DNA of 58,597 bases, counting the filler, from Diploschistes diacapsis (lineage: Eukaryota): NCBI GenBank assembly GCA_023645945.1. It is 4 parts of 4 records of this genome, joined end to end, with 100 filler letters (N's around TTAATTAATTAA, not from the genome) between each part and the next. Parts side by side here need not be neighbours in the genome. Positions count along the whole stretch, not along the records: positions 14,689 to 29,270 come from JALAIB010000598.1; positions 29,371 to 43,941 come from JALAIB010000599.1; 2 more parts are not named here. One strand, written 5' to 3'. Shown piece by piece: positions 24,051 to 37,842 of the stretch. Position 1 is the stretch's first letter. The number at the start of each line of letters is the position of its first letter. Under the pieces are notes generated by a model. The model saw only the letters and a list, made by a program, of their open reading frames with translations. It searched no databases and was not told the origin of the DNA. The translations under genes and the position numbers were made by a program.

Positions 24051-24599
24051 TTTCTGGTGGTTGGAAATTTAGTGAATACGTTATGATTTGAAGATAAACA
24101 TTCCTCCAGTATTGATTAGGCTTCGCAAGGTGAATTAGGGGACCATTAGTACAAAAGGAAGGGTTTTACGTATTTCTGATTCTTGAGCACTGCAAAGCCT
24201 TACACGGGGCATCGAACTCTTATTTGTTGAGGTATCAAAACTGAAGGATAGGGGAGTGTCAACGGAGGTGATGCCAAGACCTTCCAAAAGCCCATGACGA
24301 GATCTCGGTAAAATGCCTCGGCCCGATTCCACTGTGTGGCGGTTTGGGACGGGGTGGGATACCAAGACCTAACGCCCGCCGTGCTTTTACAGGAGTACCT
24401 CTTCCAGTTGTGTCCTCCCAACACTAAATCAGCACCAGTCTCCTTTCATGATGCTGTTGTATGTTTCCTTATACTCTCCCAGGCCAAAAGAGACTGCGAT
24501 TGTGGAGTTCTCTAGCTTCTGCGAGGCCAGCATAAGTAGAAATTCGAGCATTGTCGGGACTCCATAAGCTTCGCAAAGCCCGCCCTTCCACTGGTTCTC

Positions 24600-25098
24600 A
24601 TGGAGGATACGCTACCCCTAGGCTTGCGTCTTGTACGGTAAGAAATGTGATCGCCGCGCTTTTATTTCCTGCTTATCTTCCACAAGCGATTCTCCCGACC
24701 CCGCATCCGCAGCCGCTTTACGGAAGGGAAAGGGGAAGGCAGTTGCGAATGGACACGTGAGCGGGCTTCAGAATGGCGATTTTCCTGATAATACAAACGG
24801 AGCCGATTCGCCTTCGTCCGATAACTCTGACTCAGCATCACGAAAGCCTGTGCTCAGCGAAGAGCAGAAAAAAGCGAATCACATACAATCCGAGCAGAAG
24901 CGGAGGGAGAAGATTAGAGAGCAGTATGACAAGCTCGCAGAGCTTACTCCAGGCATGGAGGGTCAAGGCAGAAGCGAAGGGCGAGTTCTTGAAGAGGCTG
25001 TCAAATACGCAGAAGTTCTACGCAAGGAACGCGAGAAATTAATCGCCGACATCGAAATGCGAGGTGGTATTGTGGATCCGGAATTTAAGAAGTATTGA
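24600..25098 (+). CDS. bHLH transcription factor, Ino4-like
   Basis: LSEEQKKANHIQSEQKRREKIREQYDKLAELTPGMEGQGRSEGRVLEEAVKY is a bHLH. Probable ATG 24600 with a short intron GTAAGA...AAG; the start is uncertain. Confidence 0.8.
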
Positions 25099-25556
25099 AT
25101 GGTTTTGCAAGAAAAACTCTAATGGACGAAAAGAGGCATGGCCCAAGTGGAAGTCCCTAGTTTATCCTAGACTGCGAAGATGATCTGCTTACACTTGTGG
25201 TGCGGCTGGGACAACTACCCTTGTTATCCATGTACTTGGAGGTTCAAAGTTTAGCTACGGATTAGAACAGTCTCATCTTTATATGTAAGTTGCGTGTGGG
25301 AGAAGCAGATCATGGCTAACGGTCTAGGCTGCGGAACATCTTTATCGGTCTGATCGCTACGACAGCAGTTCGTTGTCCGATCAGCATATATGAATACGAG
25401 CGGCGCGCAGCTACACTGCATTCCGGTCATCTGATTGTCAGCGACGCTATTCAACATATTGATATGTTATCAAGGCCGATCACTAAAGGGCATTGCTCCA
25501 GGCCCTCCTGAACACTAGGTCTTTTCTTACATTCATTATAGGATCAACTAGGCCGC

Positions 25557-26433
25557 TCAATCCTCTTCGTCCTCTTCGGAAACTTCCTCTTGCGCCTCTA
25601 GCAATACTTTCTCCATGAGCCGCAATGTCACTCTTAGTGGCAGTCCTACAACGTTCTCAAAAGCTCCGTCTATCTTCTCGACAAGCAGAGCGCCCATACC
25701 CTGGATGCCGTAACCACCCGCCTTGTCTGCACCTTCTCTTGTCTTAACATATGCTAGTAGCATGTCATCTGTTAGCTCCCTATCAAAGCAAACAACCGTT
25801 TCTTCGACCGCCGTCTGCAGCGCATAACCTGGATCTTTTGCGCTCTCCAGAGGCGTCATCACGGCAACGGCCGTAACAACACTGTGTCTGCCAGAATCCC
25901 GCAGATCCTTCAACATGGCAATGTGCTGAGCCTCGGACCTAGGCTTTTCGAGGATGGCTCCGGTTTGTGCAACCACCACAGTGTCGGCTGCAATTAGCAT
26001 TACAGGCTCGCCTTTTGTACTGTCATTGACTGTGGCAGCGTACACATTTAGCGCCTTCTGTGTAGCCGTCTGGAGGACATATTCGTAGGGTGAGAGGGAC
26101 TTGGGAAGATCTTCGGGAGCCGTGGAGGGGACTATCTCGAGATTGGTGAGGCCTATCTAGTCAAGCTTAGACAACAAGCTCAAGCTTGGTCAAGTGGATA
26201 GAAGAGCGCATTAACCTTACTTGACCCAGTAGCTGTTTTCGTCTAGGAGACGCGGAGGCCAATACAACCCGCTTACCCCGCAGGGAGACTAAGATGGGAA
26301 GGTTGAGCGGGAGAGGGCCTCGCGGCAGCGGACTCCTTGGCGTTAACTGCTGCTGCTTTTCGTTGGGAGTAGGCCGAGAGGGTGCCGGCTCGTAGGCTGG
26401 AGGAGGCTCCAGTGGAGCTTTGGAATCCGACAT
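25557..26433 (-). CDS. Maf-like nucleoside triphosphate pyrophosphatase
   Basis: Exons 26433-26221 and 26156-25557. Motifs VVLASASPRRKQLL, TATQKA, IAADTVV, ILEKP, EGADKAGGYGIQG, NVVGLPL. Confidence 0.92.
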
Positions 26434-27107
26434 GATCGATGTTCAAGGTGGGATAGTTTGGCACAAGTTTGCCCTTACAACCAGTGACTACACTCAAAGC
26501 CTCGGCAGTGACAATTTCTCAACGGTGAGCACCCTGTAAACTTTAGCGAGCAGTTGGGCGGTGCACTATTACAAGATTTGTCAGACGCGGCCCAACATAC
26601 CTCCGTAAATTCACTTTCCTTCTTGGTTAGTTTGTCATCGATCTACGCGCAGATCAACAATACATTTATTTTATTGTAAATTACAAACAATATTTACGTA
26701 GGTAGGCGCAAAAGACGTCGTAAATATCTTTCGTAGATAAAAATTCTAGATGAACTACACAATCTGGGGGTTTTCCTTTCCTCGGACTAACTCCGATTCT
26801 ATTTTCCTCCCTCGGACTTTGGTTATTATCTCCGATTACGTTCGCCGAGTAAGCTACTAGCGCTATCAACGGATGTCTTGTATGCGGAGGTATATCTATA
26901 AAAAGCAGTGTACTCTGGTAAATCGGGGTGGGTATCTATGGTGTATCATTTATGAGGTAAGCATGCAGTTCGTATCACGTGTGGTTCCTTTGGCACTGAG
27001 TATATCAATCTCTTCACTTGCTCCATCTCTTATCGTGACTTCCAAAGGAACAATCCTTTATTTAACTCGTCCAGCATTGAGCACTTAGACTCCCAAAGGC
27101 CGACGCT

Positions 27108-28229
27108 ATGACTCAAAACAAGCGTTTTATATTCAAGCAAGTGCCGGAGGGCATCCCCAAGCCCGGACAAGACATTGATGTTGATGAGGTATCCTTCGAC
27201 CAGGATCGTGCTCCTCCTCCAGGAGGCTTAATCACGAAGAATCTCTATTTTCGCTTGATCCCTACATGCGCCAGGAGGCAAATTCCACGTAGGGCCATAC
27301 ACCCCTGGCGAGCCAATGTGGAACTATGGGGTATCCAAGGTACTCAAGTCAGACTCTGAAAAGATCAAGCAGGGCGACTATGTCGCTAGCTTTATTTCAG
27401 CAGAGCAATACCCAACTATCCCTGCGGCTTTGCTTGACTACTACGACTTCTACGTGATCCCGAAGGACGAGAAATTGCCAAAGAGTTTATACTGCGGTGC
27501 TCTAGGCATGCCAGGCTTGACCGCTTATGCGTCCCTTTACGAGATTGGAGCACCCAAGAAGGGCGAGACTATTTGGGTATCTGCTGCAAGTGATGCTGTT
27601 GGTCAGATAGTGGGTCAATTGGCTAAACATGAGGGCATGACAGTGATCGGGTCTGTCGGCAGCGACGAGAAGGTTGACTTTGTAACGAACAAGGCTGGCT
27701 TCGATGCTGCATTCAACTACAAGAAGGAGAAGCCCAGAGATGCCATTGCGAGACTTGCGCCGAATGGCATCGATATCTACTACGACAATGTTGGCGGTGA
27801 CCACCTGGAAGCGGCCCTGGAGGTGATGAACGAGTTTGGAAGAATAGGTGCGTGATATTGAACTTTGTCTTCTTATACGTGTACTGCACGTGCTCAGGAA
27901 GACCCAACTGACGTGGAGGCTTTGCAGTGGCTTGTGGCCAAATCTGTGGATATAATATTAAACCAGAAGATAGCTACCCCATTCGAAACACCTTCCACAT
28001 GGTTGCCAAATGCCTCAAGTTCCAGGGCTTCATTGTGTCGGATAAAAATATGGGCCCCAGTTATATCAAAGACCACAAGAAAAACCTTGGGAAGTGGCTT
28101 CGTGATGGATCCTTCCGATGCTTGGAGGATGTTGCTGTTGGGCTCGACAAGGCACCGGAGGCCTTTGTAGGGATGCTGAAAGGCGAGAACTTTGGCAAGG
28201 CAGTCGTGAAAATTGCCGATGATGAATAA
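27108..28229 (+). pseudogene. NADP-dependent MDR oxidoreductase (prostaglandin reductase/LTB4DH-like) with two frameshifts
   Basis: Motifs SLDPYMR, GALGMPGLTAY, GIDIYYDNVGG, GENFGKAVV; intron 27848-27927. SLDPYMR (~27250-27270) is out of frame with both neighbours (shifts near 27250 and 27287), and the usual SAASGAVG reads SAASDAVG. Confidence 0.75.
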
Positions 28230-29045
28230 GAGGCCAAGCGGAAGGGGTGCTTCGCGTGATTCTGTAGTATAGCTGCCGCACCGGCAACCCGTACAGACCC
28301 CGAAAGTTTACTTGTTGGGAATTATCCTAGGTTCAACTTCGCAGGTGATGACCTCATAAAGACAGCCTAGTTAAGGATTCTAGGTTTTCTAGAGAAGCTA
28401 CACAGCATGCGCTTCACCACTAAAGAACACGTTTACCTAGCGGTTTTATAGCTTCGAATCGAGTCAGCTCGGTCAGGCGTCTTATGTAGTTCTGCGCTCA
28501 ATGCGAAAATTAGGTCCCTCCAAGTGTTACTCCCCCCAGAAACCGACAGCTCCAACATAATTTGAATAAGAACGATAGAGCCCAAAAAAGCACCCAAGTT
28601 ATATTGCGTTTCCATCCATCTTGATCTTGCGCAGTCACAAGAGCTCGGGCTTCATTGTGCTACAGAACACCCGTATCCCACATGAGGAGAGCAGAGAACG
28701 CTAACCCCTAATCACCGTTATGGTTTCCAGCCAATCGAAAAGATAATTCAGCTTCTGCGGTCGGAATGGGCCCGTCGTTCCGAATTGCAGTCCGAGAATG
28801 ATTGACCGCCCGGTATAGCAGGCATATCGGCCTTCTTTCCCACAAGGTACAATACCGCCCCAGTACGCTTTGCGCCGTGGGCTCTCCTGCGCGAAGAGGG
28901 GTTTATATAATGGACCTATTCCCCCTGTTTTCTCTCTTGCTCTCTTTTCCCCACCTCTGACTTTCTACTCTGTGCGGCCGAGCTTCCGTCTTCAGTTATC
29001 TTACATTGCTGCTTCATCTATTGTGACTTCTACTCGCCCGCAGCA

Positions 29046-29270
29046 ATGTTCTCCTTGCTCGCGCTCCGCCTCAGGTGCATCCTCGAACCCCTCTGCCTGA
29101 TGACCGTCTTCCTCGTGGGTACGCCATCCACCACCCCAAGCCATTCCTCAAGGACCCCCCTTCCCCCCGTCCTTTCCTAACTTGCACTTATCTCATCCAC
29201 TCCCCATAAAATAACTATATTGACCTCTTCACCCCTCTCCCACAGCTCACCTCTCAGCCTACGCCCTAAC
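29046..29270 (+). CDS. 5' fragment of an unknown gene, cut by the contig end
   Basis: TATA-like TTTATATAAT near 28902, pyrimidine-rich leader, ATG 29046 (MFSLLALRLRCILEPLCLMTVFLV), donor GTACGC, acceptor CAG near 29245. Confidence 0.4.
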
Positions 29271-29370
29271 NNNNNNNNNNNNNNNNNNNNNNNNNNNNNN
29301 NNNNNNNNNNNNNNTTAATTAATTAANNNNNNNNNNNNNNNNNNNNNNNNNNNNNNNNNNNNNNNNNNNN
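29271..29370. other. Artificial contig-joining spacer
   Basis: N44-TTAATTAATTAA-N44. Confidence 0.99.
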
Positions 29371-31096
29371 CGCCCACATACTCCAAAAAGCTCCTCACGG
29401 CCCCGGGCACCTTCCTCCCCTCCTTCTCCGCCCACTCCCTCGCCTTCCCGTCCAGCCCCTTCGCCACGACGACCGCCCTGTCCACAATCTCCGCGACCCG
29501 CCGGAAATCCTCCTCCCCGAACCCCCTCGTCGTCATCGCGGGGCTCCCCATGCGCAGGCCGCCGGGCTTCATCGCCGACCGGTCCCCCGGGACCGTGTTC
29601 TTGTTCGCCGCGACGCCGACGAGTTCGAGGACGCGTTCGACGCGCGCGCCGTCGATGCCCTTGTCCTTCAGGTCGATCAGCACGAGGTGGTTCTCCGTCG
29701 TGCCGCCCACCACCGTGTACCCCAGGCCGCCCTCGGCCCGGGTCTTGCCCAGGCGGTCCGCTAGGGCTTTGGCGTTCAGGAGGACCTGGCGCTGGTAGTT
29801 TCTAAAGTCCGAGGACTGTGCCTGGTGCAGGGCGACGGCGAGCGCGGTGATGGTGTGGTTGTGCGGACCGCCCTGGTGGCCCGGGAAGACGGAGGCGTTG
29901 ATGCGCTCCTCCAGGTCGTATTTCACCTCTGTGCCGTCCTTCAGCGTGCGCCGGGTGCCCTTGCGGTAGAAGATCATGGCCCCACGGGGGCCGCGGAGGG
30001 ATTTATGCGTTGTTGTCGTTACGATGTCGGAGTGCGGGAAGGGGGAGGGGATGACTTCAGCGGCTACGAGGCCCGAGATGTGGGCCATGTCGCTCAGTAA
30101 GTATGCGCCGATGGAGTCTGCGATTTCGCGGAAGCGTGGGTAGTCGATCAGGCGGCTGTAGGCGGAGGTGCCAGCGATAATGAGCTTCGGGCGGTAGAGG
30201 GAGGCGAGGGAGGAGAGGGAGGAGTAATCGATCAGGCCGGTAGATTCGTCGAGGCGGTACGGGAGGGTTTCGAAGTATTTGGATATGGCTGAGATCTTTT
30301 TGCTGGGAGTTTGGTAGCCGTGAGAGAGGTGTCCGCCGTGTGGAAGGTCAAGGCCCATCAGCCGGTCGTGGGGGGAGAGGACGGCGGCATAGGTGTAGAG
30401 GTTGGCGGGTGAGCCAGAAAGGGCTGAAGAGGGTCAGAATGGCAGCTCCGGTCTCGAGGGGTTGGTATGTAGGGAGAGAAAGGGAAGAAGAGGGAGGAGA
30501 AGACTGACGCTGCACATTGACGCCCCATTCCTTGCTATCAAGGTGAAATGCTTCGAGGGCTCGTTGCTGACAGAGACGCTCGGCCTCGTCGATGTGCTTA
30601 TTGCCACCATAGTAGCGGGCTCCCGGGTAACCTTCGGAGTATTTATCTGCGGCCCAGCTTTAGCTATCTTCGATTCTCGCAACCATGATCGAACGTCCTA
30701 CTTTGCATAACGGTGCCGAGGGTATCCAACACTGCCTGCGACGTAAAGTTCTCGGATGGTATCAGGCTTATTGAATTCTTCTGCCTCCCTTTTTCCTGCC
30801 AACCTTCAGAGCCCGTCCCAAATTAAGCTATGTGGCCTATGTTACCCTCTCTATTATCTCATAGACGGCCGGATCTGCTTCTTGAAGCCTCATGGATAGC
30901 GCCTGTGTCCCGCGTCACCAAATCTGCAAGTTATATGCACTGGATGCCTTACCTTCTGCTGAGCGTCCACGTTTAGTGAGCTCAGACATCGACTGCCTGC
31001 GCGCTTCAGCGCTTGCCGAGGCCGGAAAGATCTTGCATAGGCGCGACACATGGGCGTCGCTCGCGCAGCTTGCCTCGAGCAGAAAGGGAGCACCAT
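29371..31096 (-). CDS. SHM1: Mitochondrial serine hydroxymethyltransferase, multi-exon, 3'-truncated
   Basis: Arg-rich presequence [28 protein letters not shown]..., then [51 protein letters not shown]-lysine motif [25 protein letters not shown]. Confidence 0.95.
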
Positions 31097-33593
31097 CTTG
31101 AAGTGTGTTGGAGGGAATGCGCACATCTAGTATATCGGGATCAAATTCGATATTCTATTCTTGACGAAACTCAGATCGGGTCTGAAGCCATCCCCCTTCT
31201 ACCTATAACCATGAGATAGTGCTCGCCCGCGGAATTCAAGGGCCTTCAATCCACACCATCATCGTACAATTCTCAGGACTAGGCAAAAAACACAATCTGG
31301 TCCCCTTTCCTCAACTCGGGCATGCATGCGGGGGGGCAACCGAGCTTATCGATAGTCTACCAATTGGGCCGAGAAGAGCCTTACAGGGCTTAGGGCCACA
31401 AGCCGCAACTTCAAAATCCCCCAAATGGCCCGATGTTCTATCCCTTTTCTTCTTCATACCACAACTAAATCAAAGATGAAGAAACGGCTTTCATGGCAGT
31501 CCCAGCTCTCGCCGGGTCTGTGTCATGCACTGGCTCGTGCGGGCGATGCTGATATGTCCCGTGCCCCATTTTTCACCAACCATAAGGGGCAATTTGACCA
31601 AGTCTGATTTGATCGTTGGGTATGGCTTTGTTGGTTATGTCCGAAGTCACGGTTGGCAGGATAGAATATGGATGCAGATAGACTCTTCTTTGGAGCTTAG
31701 GCATCTCAAGTCGAAGAGCTGGGATGTGACAAGATGCGGTGTGCTGCAGAAGGGGCTGAACCCGAGGATTCTTCTAGAGGCAATGTTTCAAGAGCTTGCT
31801 TTGCCTCCATGCACCCTTCGACAACTCATCTCGTTCATAAGACTCCCCATTGTAGGAGGCTTGGCCGTAAAGCATGCTATTAGACCCACGAGGCTTTGCC
31901 TCTCTGGCCGTGCATTCCGGAGCGGGTGTACAATTGTTTCGCGGCTAAGACCTGCATGAGGCACGAGAGCCTCAATAGCTTTGACGGTTGGAGAGAAATA
32001 AGCGGGCCATTACTTGATCTCGGCTTGGGATGCAAGAGACCTGACAAGGCGGGTTCCGTGCCCGACGCTGTGTGCATCTCGTCCTCACCGGGTGCGGTTT
32101 CATATGCCTTAAATGTATCCCTGATTGGACGGCGGACCGTAGGTGGTAGACTCTCGCAAAATGTCATCCGCGCGTGACAGAGAAGTCAAAGCCATGGCCC
32201 TCCACCACTGTGCGAGCCTCGAATTGGGACCATCGTCTCAAGGGAGCAGAGCATGCTCAGTCTAGTTACAACCAAGAGTGCATGACAGATCACTCAGAGG
32301 CCCTTCCCCTGTAGGTAGTCTTCCCAGAGATCCGCTCGGTAGCATGCCGATAGGCTGATTGCAGCTGCATATCGTTCAAATGTCTGATGTTTGCATAAAA
32401 ATTTAGAGGGTACGGTTTTTGCATCAGGGAAGGGTCGGACGAGATCAACGGAGTCCTGATCGTTGGATGCCAAGCAGCCAGAAAGAGCAAGCTTTTACGG
32501 TCAAGGGAGTACAAGCAAGCGCAAAGGGTAAAGAAGTTGAAGGGGACGTAGTGTAACTCACCATGCCTTCATATTTGACTTACACTATGATACAGCATTG
32601 TCGAGTGATGACGGAGACAGCTCGGTAGCCCCGTGAACCACCTACAAAGGGCTCCCATCCAGGTGGTCTTATCGTGGTATTTCGTTCTCTAGAATAGGCA
32701 GCTATATGATAGCTGTAGTTGACGTGTTTGTGGTGGCGGTTGTATGAACAAGTTCGAAACCTTCAGGTTCCCGTTACAGGACTCGGGACTGACGACCAAC
32801 GCGGCCTACACACACAACTCTCGGGTATGACTGTAAGTCAGATGTGACGGGGCTATGGGGTCAATGCACCGAATGCTCAACGGTCGGTCTGTTGTAGAGC
32901 AATCGTCAGCTCAAGTGACGAAATCCCGGTTAAATGGATTTTTTACAACGCATTCAATTACAACGTAAGCTCACCACAGTCAATCAATTGGATCAATTGG
33001 TAGGCAGAGGACAGTAGTGACGCGCATCTACGTTATTGGGGGAAAGGGAAAAAAATCAGCGGTGGAACCAGGAGGTCAGAGACCTCGCGGACGTGGTGGT
33101 CTGTGATTGGTACAAGCCCTGTCTCCTCTCGTAATTCTCGGCCCGCTCAGTCCGATTTTTGAGAGGGAAGAGCGAAGCAAGGGGATGGAGGGGACTCTCG
33201 TTTCCAGAAAGATGGATAGGCATAGGCATAGGCATAGGCCTAGAAGAGAAAGATGATGAGGCTCAGTAGCAGTACTGGTAGTAGTAACACTGCCTGAGCT
33301 GAATATTCCGAGCATACTATGTGTAGGTATAGGCATTTTCGATAGATCTGTTCCAGCTTCGTCATTTCTCAACGGCCGGTTGATCTGATTGACGATTGGG
33401 GAACGAGACCATATCTTCATATCTTCTAGCAGCTCGATCGCTTTCACGGCGTTTCTGTACTCTGAGCAAAATGAGCAGTGATCAAAGCTGTGTAGCGGGA
33501 AACCCACAGGCAATTTCACCCCGTTATCGAAGGCTAGTACAAGATAGTACTAATCCACCAGTCAGCTGCAAAGGATAGGTGTGGTATGGGGAT

Positions 33594-33680
33594 ATGGCAT
33601 GGCATGGTATGGTATGATATGGTATGGTATGGTATGGTATGGTATGGTATGGTATGGTATATAGTATGGTATAGTATGGT
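33594..33680. repeat. Pentanucleotide microsatellite (ATGGT)n with variants
   Basis: Direct reading of ATGGC/ATGGT/ATAGT units. Confidence 0.95.
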
Positions 33681-33777
33681 ACGGGCAGGGCCGACAAGAC
33701 AAGACAACACAGACCACACACACTCTCACTCGCATACGCACTTGCGGAAAGTTGCAGATCCTGGCGAGACATAGCCT

Positions 33778-33833
33778 CTGACCTCTGACCTCTGACCACT
33801 GACCACTGACCACTGACCACTGACCACTGACCA
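33778..33833. repeat. Heptanucleotide tandem repeat (CTGACCT)2(CTGACCA)6
   Basis: Direct reading. Confidence 0.95.
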
Positions 33834-36800
33834 CTCATCGGAATGCCCCATCGCACAACACGCAGGAGTCAGGACAACAAGGCCCCCTCTCTGACTTGCT
33901 CTGGGGCGGAGTTGCGGGTCAGTACTAAGCCAGCCTTTCTTGCAGCTCTATATGCTCGACATAAATAGTATTAGGACCATCTTTCAACGGTCTTGGAGTA
34001 CCCATATTCCCCGTGTCAGACGACTTCCGCATCATCCACAAGAATATGTAGCATCTGAATGCAACCGATGAATACATACTAAGCCTTTGAGAAAGCGTGT
34101 AGGCTGGAGTTCCAGCCCATCGAACTTCTCATAACCTTTTGTTCTCCCAGACTCCGTGGCATAGACAGAGGCCGGCTTCTCAGCTATCGGCCCAAAGTTG
34201 ACACGTCTCGACTTGAACTCGTGCCGCTTTTCCACCCCGTCTGTTCGGGGAGGAGTCATTAATTAACCCTGTACGACTCTTTGCAACGGGCGGGTGAAGT
34301 GTTACGAAGCACCTGTTGCTTTTTTTTTCACTTGACGAATCTCCTGAGCTAGATTAGACGTGTATCAAGCTGCTGCTCGACAAAACCGATTTGAAATTAG
34401 AACAGGCTCCCGCAAAGGCACCGGTTGCGCTAGCTCATTCGAAGCTTCTCTGAGTATTTCCCCGGCATCACGGAATGCTAGAAGGTGGTTGGAGCTTGGC
34501 ACTGCTACCTTCAAGAAAGTGCTTCACCGTTGGCAGCCCAACTTAACCTCTGCTTGGCCCGATAATCAGCAGATCTCCCGACGACGACACTTGGCTTCAC
34601 TGGTTGTGGTTGTCCCTGCAGTGCCCTCGGCTTCATACAGTAGCTTTGAGGAGGCTCTGGACTACTGGAACTGTGCTGTCTTCAGGGACGTCTGAGAAAA
34701 GTCATGAAACAGAAGCTGCGAAAGAGACAGCCCCGTGTACAAAGTACGTCAGAAATGAGCTGTTCAACATCCTACTGGCCTACTGGCGCGCATCGGCAAA
34801 ACTGCCTTAGCTAGCCACTTTCTGGTGGCAGGCGGACGGTGGACCCCAGGGCAGCCTACATCTAGTACATACTGCAATCCTTGTAGAACATCGTTTGTAT
34901 AGTGCAGGCAATAAACGAATTTGGCATTTTTACATGCGTAGCTGGGGCTCTCTCCCCTTGCATGACGCACCGATCTTCTGGGCGGATTAATGCGCTGAAT
35001 TTTTTGACTCCATTCCGCGCTGGTCGTTCCTAACGCATGAATGCACCTGGAAGCTTTGATGCTTCTGCTTTGAGGATGTTACCGACTCTATGATGCCTTT
35101 CTCAAACCAATATTCGGTATCGATCAAGGCCAGAGAATACAAGATCGACACCCACTAGGGTCGAGAATTGGATACGCTCTCCTGCGACATCTGGGGAGTC
35201 GCACAGGGGTTAGAACAGTTTTGCCGCGAACCATTCATCTTGATGCGATCGTGCAAGGTCGCGAATAGTTGATCGCTGCGCCTTGCCCACTATCCTTGGA
35301 CCCAGTCATGGCAGAGAATTTCTTTTGAAGGTCTTGGGAGCGTTAACAGCACAGACCGTTGAGGTAACCTGGTAGCACAATGATTCCGCGTTTGCCTATT
35401 GTACCAGAGATTAAGAAGAGCAGCAACAGTGCCCGTGCGAGGTCCGGATACGAAGATCAAAAATGGAGAAACGTCGCAAAATGGTGAGATCCTTGCCGGC
35501 TCGGACTCCTTAACGGAGACTTTCCCGTGCCAAGGAACGAGCACAAAGCAAAGAGAGCTTCGCTGCGCTTCCCTGAGTCTTTCGCACATCATGATCATGA
35601 TAGGCCGATGTAACCTGTTAGGGAAGTAGTTGCAACTTGTAAAATCTCCATGCCAAAAGTGCGACGCCAATCTCGACTCTCGAGCAGCTTAACAAAAATG
35701 ACATGTTTGTTGCTTACTGTATAGTACCTTGCAACTTGTATACCCGTCGCGGAACCAAGGTTTTTGCAGGGTGACGCTTTGATAAGGTGAACCGTGAAAA
35801 AGGACCACGGGGGCATTCAGTCCGATACCGGTATCTACCTGGGTTCTATGAATCTTGGAGGCCCCGTCTCGAGATAATTCCCAGAGGCGACGGCCTCCTC
35901 TCCAATCTTAGCGTCTGATCCCATAGTCCTGCTCGCCCAAACTTCCGTAGGCCCCTTGCCGCGATTCTAAGGCTCTCGTATCCTGTGACTCCCGACCACC
36001 CCGGTTGAAGGAAGCCCTGTTGCTCTCAAATTGGGTCTCATAAGCTCCTAGTAGTGGAAAGTGGGAAAGGAGCGCCATGTCAAATGTGTCAAGGGTTCAC
36101 AGCTCGACCGAGTGGGATGGTAGGAGTGGGCGCGGCCTTTTCTTGGGAAGTCTTCTCAAGTACGGTATACTCCCCTACCCGCAGGCCCCCCCGTCTGCAG
36201 CCCAGATGCGAGGCTTGGGGCTTTCGGGACGGGTGAAGACAATGGTGCGAGTATCTAGCGTTGGAGGAAAAGCTAACGGCTGAGTCGATGGAGCCATCCA
36301 TCTGCCAGATGCCCCTAAGGTGCCACATCCGTTCCTGTGGCTGGCTTCATCAACCGCCCATTTTCTCCTTCTCTTTCTCCTTCTCTTCCCCTCAGAATTC
36401 CCAGAGTACGACGCAGAAGGTATTTTGCCAACCAATCATGTAGGATGGCGCAGAGCACCGAGATCCACAGTCTAATCTAACGGCGGGTAGGAGACGGATT
36501 TGTTATTCTGAACCTCTGATGCTGACTTCAACTTAGTTGGAATCTGGAAGAGGTACCATATCTGACGTATCTGTTGCGACTCGGAGTGCCTTCGAATTGT
36601 TAACGGTATGTTCAAGAGCCGTGGCAGCAGCAGCATTGATAGTTTCAAGTGCACCACCAACTGCGCTTGTGTAGGTATTGAAGCTCTCTCGTCTGGGATG
36701 GTCGTTAGAAGTTGCTGAAATACCGTGCGAAATTTATTCGGCTACTATAAGTTGGAGCGCGCCGACCCGCCTCCGGCGCAGGAAAGGGTGAATGCTCGAG

Positions 36801-37770
36801 TCTTCGCCAGAAAGCCAGAAGCAACGGCGACTCCAATATCATCTGGCTGGTTGCACCTACCAGCATCCCTTCTTCTGTTTACGGAAGTACAAGAACATTG
36901 GAATGCGGTGCAGTAGATTTTTGATTGCTAGTGGGGCGGTTCGGCTTCGCAAGATGGTGCCATATTGTTTCTCATTACTGTTCAGGCCTCTTTGCTCTCT
37001 CTGTGCAACCCCCCCCCCTCCCCATTAGCATTGTGTTCGCCGCTGTCATTCGATAGAACTCCTAGCCCACGCAATCTTACCGACCCCCAGGCATCCGTTC
37101 GAGGCAAAGTCGATCGTTTGTGCATCTCAGTGCCAACGACAAAAGCCTTGCCGGGGTTACGGAAGCGGCCTAGAGCGGGTCCCTGACCATTTTCCAACCC
37201 ACCATTATCGTGCAAGAACTGCAACGCCGTTTGATGTAGCGTTAGGGAGCTCGGCCAATGGAGTGCAAGTAAGCTAAAGTCACCTGGGAGCGTCAAGTCA
37301 AGTCGTTCTCAATATTATCTGATAGCGAGGAGGGGGGGTGGTGTGTAACCTAAACAAAAACAACTTTCTGTTTGGCAACATGCTCCATGCTACTTTGTAT
37401 TTATTTGTATTTGTAGTAGAATGAATCGCCGCTAAGACCTGGGCTGGGGTGTCTTGGCGGGTCAATTGGTAGCTTGGAAGGACTGCTCCGTACAAAAGTA
37501 CTACTTCCTTTCCCTTATTAAGATCGCATCAACTAATAATGCCAAGTTGAGAGAAGTGGTAGCAGCAGCGTTGTAATTTCCAGTTACTTAGCGCTTGGTG
37601 GGCTCCTTTCTCGCCAACTAAAAAGCCCCCCGGCATCAATGACCGCAAATGCCCACTTGACCGGCTCTAGTTCCAATCTTGAGCCTCTCAACGACAAAGA
37701 ATCGGAGGTCACGATAACCCACTCAAATGGTCTCGTGTTCTCGTGTCTCGTCCGCTGCCACTTGCTATCA

Positions 37771-37842
37771 GTATCGGTATTGGTATCGGTATCGGTATTG
37801 GTATTGGTATTGGTATTAGAATTAGTATTAGTATTAGTATTA
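37771..37842. repeat. Hexanucleotide microsatellite GTATCG/GTATTG/GTATTA
   Basis: Direct reading; the unit changes along the array. Confidence 0.9.

Noticed and set aside
21291..26433. HIS4, bHLH and Maf as a functional cluster
   Set aside because: Ordinary housekeeping neighbours; no shared pathway evidence in the sequence.
33524..33856. ORFs with YHTIP / SGQWSVV repeats
   Set aside because: Translations of microsatellites, not proteins.
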